From an uncultured virus (IMG/VR IMGVR_UViG_3300027793_000064) (taxonomy: Duplodnaviria > Heunggongvirae > Uroviricota > Caudoviricetes), in the IMG/VR virus record IMGVR_UViG_3300027793_000064: 64,000 bases of DNA, one strand, 5' to 3'. Shown piece by piece: positions 33,701-42,626 of this stretch (its first letter is position 1; each line of letters starts with the position of its first letter). The position numbers and the translations under genes were made by a program. The notes under the pieces were generated by a model. That model saw only the letters and a program-made list of their open reading frames with translations. It was not told the origin of the DNA and ran no database searches.

Positions 33701-35618
33701 TATAATATACCTCGTTTTGATTTAACCCAGAAAAAATATTCAAATTAATTGTATCGCCATTTTGTAGCTCATAAGTATCTGGATTTTGTACATAGACAAC
33801 AGAATCTCCATTCTTAAAATCGTGATTTTGTTCTAATTTTATTGGTAAATTGGAATTATTCAATATTGTAGAGATTCCAACTTTAGAGTTCTCTATTGGC
33901 TGTAATGTACCAAAAATATCAATAGAAAAATTTCTTTTTTCTATATTTGGATCAATATAATCTGGTATTCCTTGTGCAGTAATATAAACATTATCTTGTA
34001 CATCACCATAGACATTTTGTACATTATTAATAATTTCATTATATAATCTTAGTGCTTTTCTTACATAATATATTTTTGTAATACTATATTGATTTGAAAC
34101 ATAAAATGATTTTTTATCCTGTGATATTTGAATTACGGAAAATATATCTTCTTTTATTTTTTGGTCATTTCCGTCAAAAAATTGAATGTATACCTCATCT
34201 AATGGATTTATGAAAGTGACATCATAAGTAAAAATTAGAAGTTGGTCTAATCCAAATTTTTCGAATTTACTCACCAAATGCTTATTTGGAATGTCTAATA
34301 TCCAATCATTATATCTAAAATTATCATATGCTTTACCTAAAGTTTTGTAATTTATTATTTCTCCCTTTTCGTGGTATTTACTCCCAGAAAAACTTTCTAA
34401 GTCTCTGATTACACCGAGAATTCTAACTCTCACTTCTTGGTCATTTATGAGAGAGTAAGCATAAACATTTAGATTCACATCTTCTGAGATATCGATGTCC
34501 TCTTCGATATTACAATCAAGAAATTGATTGTTGTTTTTGGAATTATATGAGATGATTAAGTCATTTCCTTGTGAACTTCTTACTACAAGCTCTCCACTAT
34601 GGGGAAATCCTATAGTGGAATCTACTGTTAATGTATTGGATTGAATTTTTGTATGATTTAATGTTTTTGTTTTTGCATATATAGCAAAATCACCAAAGAT
34701 ACTGCCCCTAACGCTCACATCTTTATCATAATCATAATCTAGACTCAAAATATAATACTTTTTTTGGTCTCTTATGATCTCTTCTACATTTGTAATTGTA
34801 GCAAAAGCTTCAGCCAATCCCTGAGATTGTTTTTGGAATAATGTGCGATTATATAATTCTATAGGATTACCTACTATTGACTCTACAACTATGTCTTTTG
34901 TTATCTTATAGTTGGCATCTGATGGTCTAATAAGAAAATCTCTGGGTTTTATTACTTTAGCTAAATCTCCATATATTGCATTAAACAGGATCTCAAAAGA
35001 ACTATCAGTTCCTTTTGTGGAATAAAAATCCTTTGAATGTACAATAAAATTCTTTTCGTTTACTTTTTTATTTTCGTCTTTATATAACTCTCTATTCTCA
35101 AATCCTGGTATAAATTGTTTTTTTAATTTTGCAAAAAATTCTTTTAGAAATAATACACTTAGATTTTCTACTGTAGTATCTTTTTGGTGCTCACTGCTAG
35201 ATGATTCGGAAAAGACCAACTCTTCTGGATTGTTGGAATTTTTATATGAAGTTACCCCACTGAATCCTCTAATGCACTCAAGAAATGTAGTTGGATTTTT
35301 TGATTTATAATAGATGATCTCTTCGTTTATTTTTATAATTCCATTATTTTCTGGAAATCCCTCTGTCGAAGATACTAGTATTTCATTTGATATTATATCT
35401 AAATTCGAAGTAAGAGTAGTTGATTCAATTAAATTTGTTATATGATCCAATTTTATATATTGGTCTATATTCTGTAAAATATCGTATGTCGATCCACTAT
35501 TATCCAGTGATTTATAATATTCGGATATAAATTCGGATATTAAAGGATACTCTTCTCTAACATATAGAGGAAATTGAGTATCTACGATTGATGATATTTT
35601 GACTCTTTTAATTGACAT
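27744..35618 (-). CDS. gp7: Baseplate wedge initiator (gp7-like) with YHYH-type insert
   Basis: KDFYSTKGT, HSPIIGWAYDGNPIYGPYGY, DLDEFNGRYCITPEYPNGTYAYF and DNDYYQYFSYSVKS motifs; follows gp6. Confidence 0.8.
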   Translation of the reverse strand: MSIKRVKISSIVDTQFPLYVREEYPLISEFISEYYKSLDNSGSTYDILQNIDQYIKLDHITNLIESTTLTSNLDIISNEILVSSTEGFPENNGIIKINEEIIYYKSKNPTTFLECIRGFSGVTSYKNSNNPEELVFSESSSSEHQKDTTVENLSVLFLKEFFAKLKKQFIPGFENRELYKDENKKVNEKNFIVHSKDFYSTKGTDSSFEILFNAIYGDLAKVIKPRDFLIRPSDANYKITKDIVVESIVGNPIELYNRTLFQKQSQGLAEAFATITNVEEIIRDQKKYYILSLDYDYDKDVSVRGSIFGDFAIYAKTKTLNHTKIQSNTLTVDSTIGFPHSGELVVRSSQGNDLIISYNSKNNNQFLDCNIEEDIDISEDVNLNVYAYSLINDQEVRVRILGVIRDLESFSGSKYHEKGEIINYKTLGKAYDNFRYNDWILDIPNKHLVSKFEKFGLDQLLIFTYDVTFINPLDEVYIQFFDGNDQKIKEDIFSVIQISQDKKSFYVSNQYSITKIYYVRKALRLYNEIINNVQNVYGDVQDNVYITAQGIPDYIDPNIEKRNFSIDIFGTLQPIENSKVGISTILNNSNLPIKLEQNHDFKNGDSVVYVQNPDTYELQNGDTINLNIFSGLNQNEVYYTENVDDDELRLFKNRSDIYFSRYSPITFNRIYSSRNLKEILYSDLDKIELLASNYFFQKNEFVIIFDDTKNIEVWYYIYKENAWEKIDSQISGGLYPKTYLTESKELKEIKNIDLIKKISLPEQVDVLEETTPGTTGILMNGVEILNYKTNNFLYYGNIEKVDIVSNGEDYDIINLPTIEVSPGLSTANVAKVYPEVNGILEKIDLLDGGFDYIEEPKIKVLGGNGSGAQAKANLITFTHEVEFIPSINFVNLSTNTISFSTYHKFRDYEEVIYETNGNSAIVGLVTSSTYFATVEDDYTIKLYETKINALSGLEINLTSYGTGTQKIVAKQKKSKIGSISIINQGKNYRNNYVSVPSSGINTYRNAIVANNHGYLTGDVVSYVCTGINPIGFSSSTYYVNRVDENEFQIYPVGVGSTAKDAYFKTNQFLNLIDSGIGTHIFRHEPISVEIDGLTGISSYSKELHQAKIIPVFRGNITNVYVENGGIGYGSSDIINYKKQPNFNIKIGKNAQLQANILNGVVKEVYVLNEGSDYYSIPDLFVSGTGTGCILSPVLEDGKIKGVIVVSGGYGYEQKNTSIEIVTYGKNATFEAKIKSWQINYASRILNSNNLNSPDDGVLYFNEYDAIKYCHVYCPNKLRQKIYSKFLDERGNTIVRPDYENSISTIKYHSPIIGWAYDGNPIYGPYGYDDPNIVGKVRKMKSGYKLNPTLDLDTRPPEKINDKFIFPNGFFIEDYEYIGNGDLDEFNGRYCITPEYPNGTYAYFSTLSADDDFVPEFPYFIGNYYKSKKIDHNFQPNISQNTFDYFSTRLLRNTYFYFVDSENSSYDFLSNPNKEISQNSKIVSVQYSSLDSIGILTSGENYSVGDSINFDNLGTEGTDASAIVGSVEGKKILEIKNDNYSISDVELVRIKNSPFVLGLSTAPHLLEDFDFVSIVGNNDLSISNKINQYSQIGVSSNSLLLSSGIGDASQTGIITDFSVIGILDESYIIENDYYKIEDETVKILRIHPNDLKITVLRDPIGAAHTATTKLTELTRKFYFNSVDGYASENRNREIYFDPKKVVGFGTTASSLVEVYYSGIGTTSISISPGNLYLKNHNLSDNTNLNYYTNGGNSIQVSNGSTTFELDQITSLYAIKVSDDFIGVSSTRVAIGTELNYVSTVTNKYPFLYFVGYGTSENHSFRVNNNTVRAKIQKNISTVSTASTHGLNLGDRVNLNVISGISTTIKIKYNDRNRRLISREKQFSGIDTSNSIFTIPNHGYYTGQSLIYNSNLPSPELDDDSIYYVSIVDGDRLKLSKSYHDAFISDKPINITESSFGNLKEINSSLDIIVGQKIIFDLSDFSLSFNDGLQNKSAFSFDLYKDPNYNEKYYYNENGILEVIKTGNVGIDSGARLELNTTELTPIKLYYRLTPVIDNSLPEIKNEIYIDDTIIKNNSVNIFSSEYSGVHIITGIGSTAFNYQLQYLPEIEKYDVNNSFMRYSTNSKTAFGGIYDIKVISGGSKYKKLPGITTITSNYGKNAIIFPISSSIGKIKSTEINDIGYDYSIDPTIRPTVNFPTVVKIDPFSTIDSIVCTYIGKDYNYSPDLLVVDQITNEVVNDIILQFDYISGSVLIIKNSNGFSNTEPKIIPINNSNGVGINSLSYDPLLKRVTAYLEKEYTDTNSLPISINDKVLVENTSIIETESNYIGYNSSEYEYNYFTITGITTSIGDNKAYVYYDMTDFLSDAKQLGTYNTINSKGSIIPEKNIPKFKTTIKLNSYLAGETVESNSSYGVVNNWSDKTGYAKIQTISNFNVNSLLIGKTSGAIGKITEVIQSESSYNIDYYSIRNKGWQTTTGFLNQNNQRIPDNDYYQYFSYSVKSRIPLEKWSEIVDSTTHTVGFKKFGDLSVESDAIGISGISTTQDQGSYNAISDLNTVIDLECKYDFDLGIESNVFNLNGQLSSDEIAFNSTKLQDHSQSIGNRVLTIDDISSQFNTTQRSTLVTAINI

Positions 35619-37534
35619 TACTTTCTTACTAGATTATTTTCAGTGTAACTTAAGGATGAAATGTAGCGAGACCCAGATATGTCTTCGCCAGATGTAATCT
35701 GATCTGCAACCATGTTTATGGTTGTATTATTAATATCTAGTTGCAAATATAAATCCTGTAATCCAATTACATCATTTGATCTTGGGATTGCAGAAAGTTC
35801 TATAATTGGATTCCCACCAAAATTTTTACTAGTGGATATTACCTCTAAGGGAGATGTAATTATTTCTCCTTTAATGTAATCTATTGTTCCAATATTTCGC
35901 CTTAATATTTGTGGTTCTTGCGATCCAATCAATTTAAATAAGACCAACTCTCCAAAGTCTTTATTTGTTTGGCCTGGAATATCAGAAATATATACGGTAT
36001 CCGAAAAATCTCTAATTCTAAATCCAGATGTTTGGATATTATATCCATCGCAATTTCTCACGAAGAAAGAATTACCAAAACATATCTCATATAATGTTGG
36101 TTGATATAATAATACAGAGAGGTCTCTCCTGATCCTGATTCTTGTGATATTTGATGTTATTGCTAAATTACTCTCGTCAATTAGCTTTTGGTACTTACTA
36201 TACTTAAATCTAGATCCATACTGATTGAGATCATTTGATTTGGAATATAATGTGATATTTTCCGTAATCTGTGTTAATATGTCATTCACATTTGAAGTCA
36301 GATTTTTATTATAATATACATCAGAATCGGTTTCTATGTACAAATACTTCAAATCTATGATTTCTGGTAATATTCCGGCAACACTGTATTTCTTTAATTC
36401 ATTTTTTATATTATCTTTTATCGTATTTGACAGAAAAGTTCCATTAAATTTTGGTTTTATTGCGATAAATACTTTTCCATATTGTGGAGGATCCAATTCT
36501 TCTCCGCCATATGCACATACTGATTCTGCTTCTGGATATATTTTACCTATAATAGATTCATAGTCAGATGAAGTGACGGCTCTATTGTATGCGGAATACA
36601 GTCTTGGAGCATATTTTTTTATTGAGCTGATAGACTCCTTTTCTAAACCTCCATCAGAAATAGCATTCGTTGTCACCAATGAAACTTCTCCATTTAGAAC
36701 AGAATTCGTATCATCTGTAATTTTTCCTATAAAATTAAATGAAGAGATTCTATTCGCTGCTTCGCCGCTTGAAATTAGATAGGATGCTTCTATTAAATTT
36801 CCAGATTCTAATTTCTGTCCAAATATGCCATCACCAAAAATTAATTCGTATCTTTCATCTTCTACTTCTTGGAGGAAATATATTTTAGAATTTTGATTTA
36901 TTCCAATAATATTTTCAGACAATACGAATGGTCTTCTTACCGAACTTTGTTGGGAATCTTTTACTGTTATACTAATCGTTGATGCATCAATATTTGCATT
37001 ATTTAAAATGAATTTTTGATTTGTATTCAACGAATCGACCAAAAAATTAGAAACCATATAGGTTCCTTCATAAATGGTGACATTTTCGAAAAGTGCAACA
37101 TTATCTGTTACAGGAACAGTTATATCATCTAATATACAAAAAGTATAACTCTCCGAATATATGTTTACTGGGGATGTACAAACTACGCCCTTTTTTAAAG
37201 TTAAGTATCTTGGGATTTTTGTACTAGTGGACAGATCCACAAAAAAGCTTACATTCGCCTTTGATGAAGTTCTCGATTTTGGTAAGTATCCTATATTTTT
37301 TGCTAAAGATACTACATTCTCTCTGAGTGTTGCCGAATCAATGAAAACTTCATTACTAACCATATTGGCATTATAGGAAGCAATATAGGTGTTATACGCA
37401 AGAACATCTATAATGGTAGAAAGGTTAGAGCCTTCAAAATCATAGTCAGTAAAATTAGAGTTTGCCCTTAGGTGATCTCTAATTGAGACTTTAATCTGAT
37501 CAAAATCTAAATTTGTGAAATTTACTAAAGACAT
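35618..37534 (-). CDS. gp6: Baseplate wedge subunit
   Basis: LDFDQIK, FTDYDFEGSNLS, RAVTSSDYE and PPQYGKVFIAIKP motifs. Confidence 0.96.
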   Translation of the reverse strand: MSLVNFTNLDFDQIKVSIRDHLRANSNFTDYDFEGSNLSTIIDVLAYNTYIASYNANMVSNEVFIDSATLRENVVSLAKNIGYLPKSRTSSKANVSFFVDLSTSTKIPRYLTLKKGVVCTSPVNIYSESYTFCILDDITVPVTDNVALFENVTIYEGTYMVSNFLVDSLNTNQKFILNNANIDASTISITVKDSQQSSVRRPFVLSENIIGINQNSKIYFLQEVEDERYELIFGDGIFGQKLESGNLIEASYLISSGEAANRISSFNFIGKITDDTNSVLNGEVSLVTTNAISDGGLEKESISSIKKYAPRLYSAYNRAVTSSDYESIIGKIYPEAESVCAYGGEELDPPQYGKVFIAIKPKFNGTFLSNTIKDNIKNELKKYSVAGILPEIIDLKYLYIETDSDVYYNKNLTSNVNDILTQITENITLYSKSNDLNQYGSRFKYSKYQKLIDESNLAITSNITRIRIRRDLSVLLYQPTLYEICFGNSFFVRNCDGYNIQTSGFRIRDFSDTVYISDIPGQTNKDFGELVLFKLIGSQEPQILRRNIGTIDYIKGEIITSPLEVISTSKNFGGNPIIELSAIPRSNDVIGLQDLYLQLDINNTTINMVADQITSGEDISGSRYISSLSYTENNLVRK

Positions 37535-37936
37535 TTATCTTGTTGGTAATAGTGCGAATGATAACTGTTGTGGTAAGGCATCAATACCTATGATGTCATA
37601 TGTAATAGTAACATCAAATTGATTCTGATCGTAGTCTGGATTGACCTCTACGGACCTCAAATTCACTCTGGGCTCATAATTATTGATTGTAGTTCTTATT
37701 TCATCTTGAATACTTGCTGCAGTTAGATCATCCATATTTTCAAAGAGTAACTTATTCACATTAGAGCCAAGATTTTGGTCAAAAAACCTTTCGCCTCGGA
37801 TAGTCAGTACTAAATTTCTAACTGATCTTGCTATTGCAGTTTCATTTTTAATGCCAATGAGGTCATAAGTAAGAGGATTTACTTGGAAAGACATGCTAAT
37901 GTCTTTAAATTCTTTACTTATTCGTTCTATTGGCAT
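37535..37936 (-). CDS. gp25: Baseplate wedge subunit
   Basis: AIARSVRNLVLTIRGERFF and INNYEPRV motifs. Confidence 0.95.
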   Translation of the reverse strand: MPIERISKEFKDISMSFQVNPLTYDLIGIKNETAIARSVRNLVLTIRGERFFDQNLGSNVNKLLFENMDDLTAASIQDEIRTTINNYEPRVNLRSVEVNPDYDQNQFDVTITYDIIGIDALPQQLSFALLPTR

Positions 37937-37960
37937 TTATTTTATGTTTTTCTATCTTAT

Positions 37961-38218
37961 TTATTCATATTTTTTGAATTCATATAGTGGTTCTGTTCCA
38001 TATTCCCAATCATCGTAGTCGTCATCATTACGAATATTAGAATGCAATTCATTTTGTGAGATAAAATCGTGTTTTTTGGGAGTCAGCTCGTCATTTGAGA
38101 TCTCACGGAGCATTTTTTGTCTTTCGAGTTTGCTTTCCCACCCATAATCACTTGATAAGTATTCAGTTCCCCACATATTCATCATGTATTCTCGGTCTTT
38201 GTCTACTTTTTTGGTCAT
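37961..38218 (-). CDS. Hypothetical protein
   Basis: ORF track; consistent strand and packing. Confidence 0.65.
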   Translation of the reverse strand: MTKKVDKDREYMMNMWGTEYLSSDYGWESKLERQKMLREISNDELTPKKHDFISQNELHSNIRNDDDYDDWEYGTEPLYEFKKYE

Positions 38219-38261
38219 TTTTGCTCTTGATTAGTGAAAATCAGAACTTTTTATGGGGTTA

Positions 38262-38723
38262 CTATCCCATGTCAATCAAATCGTAGTCATCTTCCAATAT
38301 TTCTTTTAAATATTCGGCATCCCAAAGAGAATAGTACTCTGTTTTTGCTAATTTTTCTCTAAATTTTCTTAATTTCTCATTGGGTTGAGCTAAAATTAAG
38401 TTATATCTACCATTATTTGTTTTGATTCCGTTAATATAAGTGTCATATGTTGCACAGTCCTCAAAAAATTTCCAAGATTCATACTTTTTATTGTAAAATT
38501 CTACCCAATTCTGAATTTGTTCTAAATTTAGATCGTCTTCAACAATAAAAATAATTACATCGTACCCTTCAACGGGTGCTATATTCTTTACATCAGTATC
38601 TATAGTATCTATAATCTCATAAAGGGCCGATCGGGCATAAGGGCACACAGCAAATCCACTCAATTCCAGACGAATCTTAGATATTTCTTTAATCCAGTTT
38701 AAAATGTAATCCTTTTTAGACAT
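38262..38723 (-). CDS. Hypothetical protein (CPYA motif)
   Basis: ORF track; L.GFAVCPYAR motif. Confidence 0.7.
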   Translation of the reverse strand: MSKKDYILNWIKEISKIRLELSGFAVCPYARSALYEIIDTIDTDVKNIAPVEGYDVIIFIVEDDLNLEQIQNWVEFYNKKYESWKFFEDCATYDTYINGIKTNNGRYNLILAQPNEKLRKFREKLAKTEYYSLWDAEYLKEILEDDYDLIDMG

Positions 38724-38762
38724 AAAAAAGGAGCCATAAGACTCCTAATAACTTTATTCTAT

Positions 38763-38906
38763 TTAAGTTCCTTGACCTCGGCTAGGCTTTCGAGCATTGT
38801 TCCTGCTCGTTGCAGCATACTTTGTATGCTTCCCATCACCCTGTCGAGATTTTTTGGGTTTGGGTTCAATATGTGCTGATCCACTCAGACTCTTAACTTT
38901 TGCCAT
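38763..38906 (-). CDS. Small basic protein
   Basis: Read by hand: MAKVKSLSGSAHIEPKPKKSRQGDGKHTKYAATSRNNARKPSRGQGT; start overlaps the upstream stop. Confidence 0.7.
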   Translation of the reverse strand: MAKVKSLSGSAHIEPKPKKSRQGDGKHTKYAATSRNNARKPSRGQGT

Positions 38907-39046
38907 TAGACTTCCTCCAATTCAATTTCATTTGCATCAATTTCGCCATTATAAGACTTTTCGGCGAGTTCGAAAAGAATTTCTGTAGATTCTTCTTCTG
39001 TGAGATTCGTATAAATTTTTCTTCCTTTATAAAGAATGTTGATCAT
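38906..39046 (-). CDS. Small acidic protein
   Basis: Read by hand: MINILYKGRKIYTNLTEEESTEILFELAEKSYNGEIDANEIELEEV; translationally coupled on both sides. Confidence 0.7.
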   Translation of the reverse strand: MINILYKGRKIYTNLTEEESTEILFELAEKSYNGEIDANEIELEEV

Positions 39047-39813
39047 ATCACACGAATTTTTTCATGTCCTACACGAATACGAGGATCACACCAAATTTCA
39101 AATCCAGCTTCTTTTGCATCGAGACAGAATGAAACATCTTCTCCACACATATCCTGAACTGCACCAGATTCGAACACTTGCATCTTTGGTGCAAACCAAG
39201 GATATTCAAGATTTTCAAATACACCTTTCTTGATCAGAACCCAACCAAAGCCAGTGTAATCAACTGTGAATGGCTTACGACGCTTGCTGATGCTTTCTAC
39301 TGTCTCATGATTCATAACTCCACCATTTTGGCGGAATTCTTCTTCTTCGAGCCAATGAGCAACTGATGTAGTACGACCATCTTCTGTTGCATACCAACCG
39401 GCAACAACTTCTTTCTCTTCTCCTTCTTCTTCTAGAGCAAGATCGCAGAGCTGCCAAAATTTTTCACTATTGAAAACGATATCACTATCAATCCATAATT
39501 GATAATCATATTCTAGTTTTCCGTCCCAGGGCTCTTGCTTTGGTCCACGGAGGACATTTGCTCCTAGACATTTACAACGAGCAAAGTTTACCATGGATGA
39601 GTAATCTTGTGAGATTTGAATACTCATTCCATTTTGTACAATATCAAAGCATAATTGTACAAATGACTTTAAGAAAGTAAATGAGCACCCTCTTCCTGGT
39701 AAACAAAATACGATGCTTTTACCTCGCATCCGTTCTTTAATTTTTTCATAATCCCATTCTTCTGTTCTTTCTTTAATGGGAGAATTTGCCTTTACTGTAA
39801 AACCTTTTGCCAT
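39043..39813 (-). CDS. Glycosyltransferase-like protein (GT-A fold)
   Basis: WIDSDIVF (DxD), TGFGWVLIKKGVFE, GEDVSFC and VGHEK motifs. Confidence 0.85.
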   Translation of the reverse strand: MAKGFTVKANSPIKERTEEWDYEKIKERMRGKSIVFCLPGRGCSFTFLKSFVQLCFDIVQNGMSIQISQDYSSMVNFARCKCLGANVLRGPKQEPWDGKLEYDYQLWIDSDIVFNSEKFWQLCDLALEEEGEEKEVVAGWYATEDGRTTSVAHWLEEEEFRQNGGVMNHETVESISKRRKPFTVDYTGFGWVLIKKGVFENLEYPWFAPKMQVFESGAVQDMCGEDVSFCLDAKEAGFEIWCDPRIRVGHEKIRVI

Positions 39814-39861
39814 GGATTAAAATAAACTCCAACTCAATTGTAGCGTCCTATTTAGCTTTTG

Positions 39862-40047
39862 TCAATACGAGGAATTCAGGACCAATTCCTTGTTTGTGGT
39901 CACTTCTTCATATTGTATGTCGTTCTCTTCGATCTCAGTAAGCCAAGTCAGCTTTTGCACGAAATCCCATAATTTGTCAAAGTCTTCCTCAGGTATCGAA
40001 TGATATAAACATATATTCTTTACATATATGTGATAAATTTTGTTCAT
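39862..40047 (-). CDS. Hypothetical protein
   Basis: ORF track. Confidence 0.6.
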   Translation of the reverse strand: MNKIYHIYVKNICLYHSIPEEDFDKLWDFVQKLTWLTEIEENDIQYEEVTTNKELVLNSSY

Positions 40048-40055
40048 TAGGTATT

Positions 40056-40256
40056 TTATCTTGTCGCATTATATATCATTACTAAAAGAAATCCGATTGG
40101 CAGACCAATTAATTTCATGTAAGTTTTCGGATAACGAATTAACCAGCCAGCAAACACAACCTTCCAAAAATTCCAATATGGCGTGGGGGGTTTTGGGCGA
40201 TTTTTTTGGTGGCGGATTTTTTTGAGGGTGATTGTTTTTGTGTTTGTTTTTAGCAT
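40056..40256 (-). CDS. Small membrane protein
   Basis: TPYWNFWKVVFAGWLIRYP followed by a hydrophobic C-terminus; start uncertain. Confidence 0.6.
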   Translation of the reverse strand: MLKTNTKTITLKKIRHQKNRPKPPTPYWNFWKVVFAGWLIRYPKTYMKLIGLPIGFLLVMIYNATR

Positions 40257-40519
40257 GAGGTCTGGGGGGATTTTTATGGTGGGGGGGATTTTTTTTGGTT
40301 TTTTTATGCGTTTGATACTTATGAGGCGAGTGGATAGCTTTATAGCTTATGGGGACCCATCTTTTTTTAACGCATGGCCCAACCCTACCACGGCATGGGC
40401 GATCAATCAACTGTCCCTGTGACACTTTCTAGACTGTCACTTTATACCTTTATACGCTCTCAATACTGTAAAGAATACAGGTGCACGGTTAGTTATACTG
40501 TGCACCTGTGAAACACCTG

Positions 40520-40855
40520 TTACCAGCTCACCTTTACCCAACCGGATTGGCGGCACCAGTATACGCTAAACCCCTCACCATTGACATCCCAAGTATACCA
40601 AACCACCTCTAGATCGTCCCAGTCTTGCTGTAGATCAAAGCCCAACTCTATGGGTCCGAACCTAGTCATAAAGCGCCAAGTCGGCCATGCTTCGATGTAA
40701 TTAACTGCGCGAACAGTTAGAGTAAACAATTCTTTTACGATTGCCACTGTGAAACATATGATAACCTCGAACAGTTCGAGATAGATTCTCACAAGATCTT
40801 GTGCGTTCGGAGTGTAAACAATGGTGCCACGAGTTGCGATCGACATGATAAACAA
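40520..40855 (-). CDS. Hypothetical protein
   Basis: ORF track; likely start MSIATR. Confidence 0.55.
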   Translation of the reverse strand: MFIMSIATRGTIVYTPNAQDLVRIYLELFEVIICFTVAIVKELFTLTVRAVNYIEAWPTWRFMTRFGPIELGFDLQQDWDDLEVVWYTWDVNGEGFSVYWCRQSGWVKVSW

Positions 40856-40909
40856 AGCGATGGGATTGTGGGGTAGTTTTATGTCATACCCCAGGACAGT
40901 TAGCTATAC

Positions 40910-41599
40910 TTAGAGGCCGAACTTCTCGCGGCAGATAGGACCGATTCCTAGGCGAATCGACTCTTTGTTTGTCAGTTCCTTGCCGCAGCAGCTGCAGCTA
41001 CCAGTCTCACGCCCATAGCGAACTGCGGCGCTGAGAGGATCAGCGGCTGCTGCGATTAGAGTCTCTTTAACGCTATCCGGAATCCGCGAATCCAGACGGT
41101 TAGGTGTAATCTTGCCGAGATATTTCGGCTGCAGACCATAATCTCCCTCTACCTTTTCAGTGGAGGAAAGAACCCAAATAGCGTCGCCTGTTTTGTTTAG
41201 TTTCAGGATTGCGTCACTGAAACGCATTGTGAGTCTCTTCGCACCTTTAGCGCGTGCAGCCATGAAAGGCTCAAATAGGCCGGAGAATTGCGGCTCCTCG
41301 CTATCATCCTGCTGCTGCGATTCCTGCTGCAGGAGATCAGTGGCAAGCTTGTGAGCCCAAGCTAGCTGGCGCTCTGACAGGCCACGATCGTGAGACTGCT
41401 GCCACAGCGACCGCGCAAACGATCCCTGGCAGTACTGCAGGAGATCCTGCGCGGCATCATCGCTCAGGCGGCTGCTAAAGGTCAGCAGCTCACCGCGAGC
41501 GGTCACAGCCATCTCCTGCGGATCGCGCAGGGAAGCGTGCGCAGCGGCGCGAGCGATGGCAGCGGCGCGATCGGTGGCGGTGGCGGAGAGGGTAGGCAT
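40910..41599 (-). CDS. DUF6011-like zinc-ribbon protein
   Basis: C-terminal YGRETGSCSCCGKELTNKESIRLGIGPIC; start set at MPTLS, downstream of a TACACT -10 box. Confidence 0.75.
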   Translation of the reverse strand: MPTLSATATDRAAAIARAAAHASLRDPQEMAVTARGELLTFSSRLSDDAAQDLLQYCQGSFARSLWQQSHDRGLSERQLAWAHKLATDLLQQESQQQDDSEEPQFSGLFEPFMAARAKGAKRLTMRFSDAILKLNKTGDAIWVLSSTEKVEGDYGLQPKYLGKITPNRLDSRIPDSVKETLIAAAADPLSAAVRYGRETGSCSCCGKELTNKESIRLGIGPICREKFGL

Positions 41600-41696
41600 G
41601 GCCGGATTGCGTTGGCTCCTAAAGTGTAGGCGATGGCCAGCCGCACCGCGAGCCAGCGGCGGCATCCTGTTACATTCATTCACAAATATATTTCAT

Positions 41697-41743
41697 GGCA
41701 GGGTAAGCGTGGCTCACTTATCGTCACTGGGCTTCGGACCCTC
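41697..41743 (-). ncRNA. 47-nt structured repeat, copy 1 (inverted); putative sRNA core
   Basis: Minus strand GAGGGTCCGAAGCCCAGTGACGATAAGTGAGCCACGCTTACCCTGCC; -10-like TAGGAT at 41758-41763. Confidence 0.6.
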
Positions 41744-41809
41744 TGCCGGTTTCACCAATCCTACCATGCCAAGGGCGGCAGCTGTGGCCGCCCTGACATA
41801 AAACTTTAA

Positions 41810-41971
41810 CTATTCTTTCTCTGCGAATGTTTCGATCTTAGGGTCATAATATCCCAGAGAATCGTAGAAGTCGATCATGTTTTTAGCCTCTGCAATTGTG
41901 GCAAAATCTTGATGCTTTCTCTCGCCATTGTAGCGAGGGTAAGGTGCAAGAAAGGAGATGCGGATTGTCAT
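41810..41971 (-). CDS. Small hypothetical protein
   Basis: Read by hand: MTIRISFLAPYPRYNGERKHQDFATIAEAKNMIDFYDSLGYYDPKIETFAEKE. Confidence 0.65.
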   Translation of the reverse strand: MTIRISFLAPYPRYNGERKHQDFATIAEAKNMIDFYDSLGYYDPKIETFAEKE

Positions 41972-42032
41972 AACATTGTGGCGATTGTGTGAGTGGGGAC
42001 TTTATACTCTGCCCCCTGAGAGTTGTTATAAC

Positions 42033-42380
42033 TTAAGAGAAGATAAATCCTTCTTCAAACTCGTGCTCGTTATAGACAGGAGAAGTGCCAGCCTGCCCAA
42101 TATATTTGTGAATGTACCACTTAAAGTTGCGCTGAATGACACACTCTCCGGCGATTGCGTGTTCGGAGAGTATAGCGTTCAACCTCGATTTGGTCGTTGC
42201 TGTTTTATAGCCACAGCTGTAGATCTCCACAAAAGTCTCACCAACCGTGGCGATATGATGCCCATAAAGGTGCACATAGGACGCCTTTCTCTCAGGCGAA
42301 TAGATCACCTTTGTATTGTCTTTTTCCCAATCCTGACACTTCAGGATCGCGTCATTCATCTGGGCTTCGATCTTACGCAT
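42033..42380 (-). CDS. Conserved phage early protein (TTKSRLNA motif)
   Basis: ORF track; palindrome plus -10 promoter upstream. Confidence 0.8.
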   Translation of the reverse strand: MRKIEAQMNDAILKCQDWEKDNTKVIYSPERKASYVHLYGHHIATVGETFVEIYSCGYKTATTKSRLNAILSEHAIAGECVIQRNFKWYIHKYIGQAGTSPVYNEHEFEEGFIFS

Positions 42381-42525
42381 TGGATGGATTGCGTTTGCTC
42401 AGCTAACCTACAGCCGCTGCAGCAGCCGGAACCGCCGCCTTGTGCCAGTGGCCAAACTGACCCAATTTGGCCAGAATCTGCTCCAATGGGCAGCCGATGC
42501 AGTAGACTAAGATCACAAACGAGGC

Positions 42526-42572
42526 GAGGCTCCGAAGGCCGTTGACGAACAGTGAGCCACGCTAACCCTGCC
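42526..42572 (+). ncRNA. 47-nt structured repeat, copy 2
   Basis: GAGGCTCCGAAGGCCGTTGACGAACAGTGAGCCACGCTAACCCTGCC; TAGACT at 42503; terminator-like hairpin at about 42601-42620. Confidence 0.6.
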
Positions 42573-42626
42573 ATAAAATATCAAAGTATAAAGAATAAAA
42601 AAAGGATCTTTCGATCCTTTATAATT

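Noticed and set aside
40376..40392. GCCCAACCCTACC as a tenth repeat copy
   Set aside because: Only a loose match to the 3' tail; no hairpin or GACGA core.
41958..42545. 195-aa plus-strand ORF
   Set aside because: Antisense to a conserved gene and runs through promoter elements.
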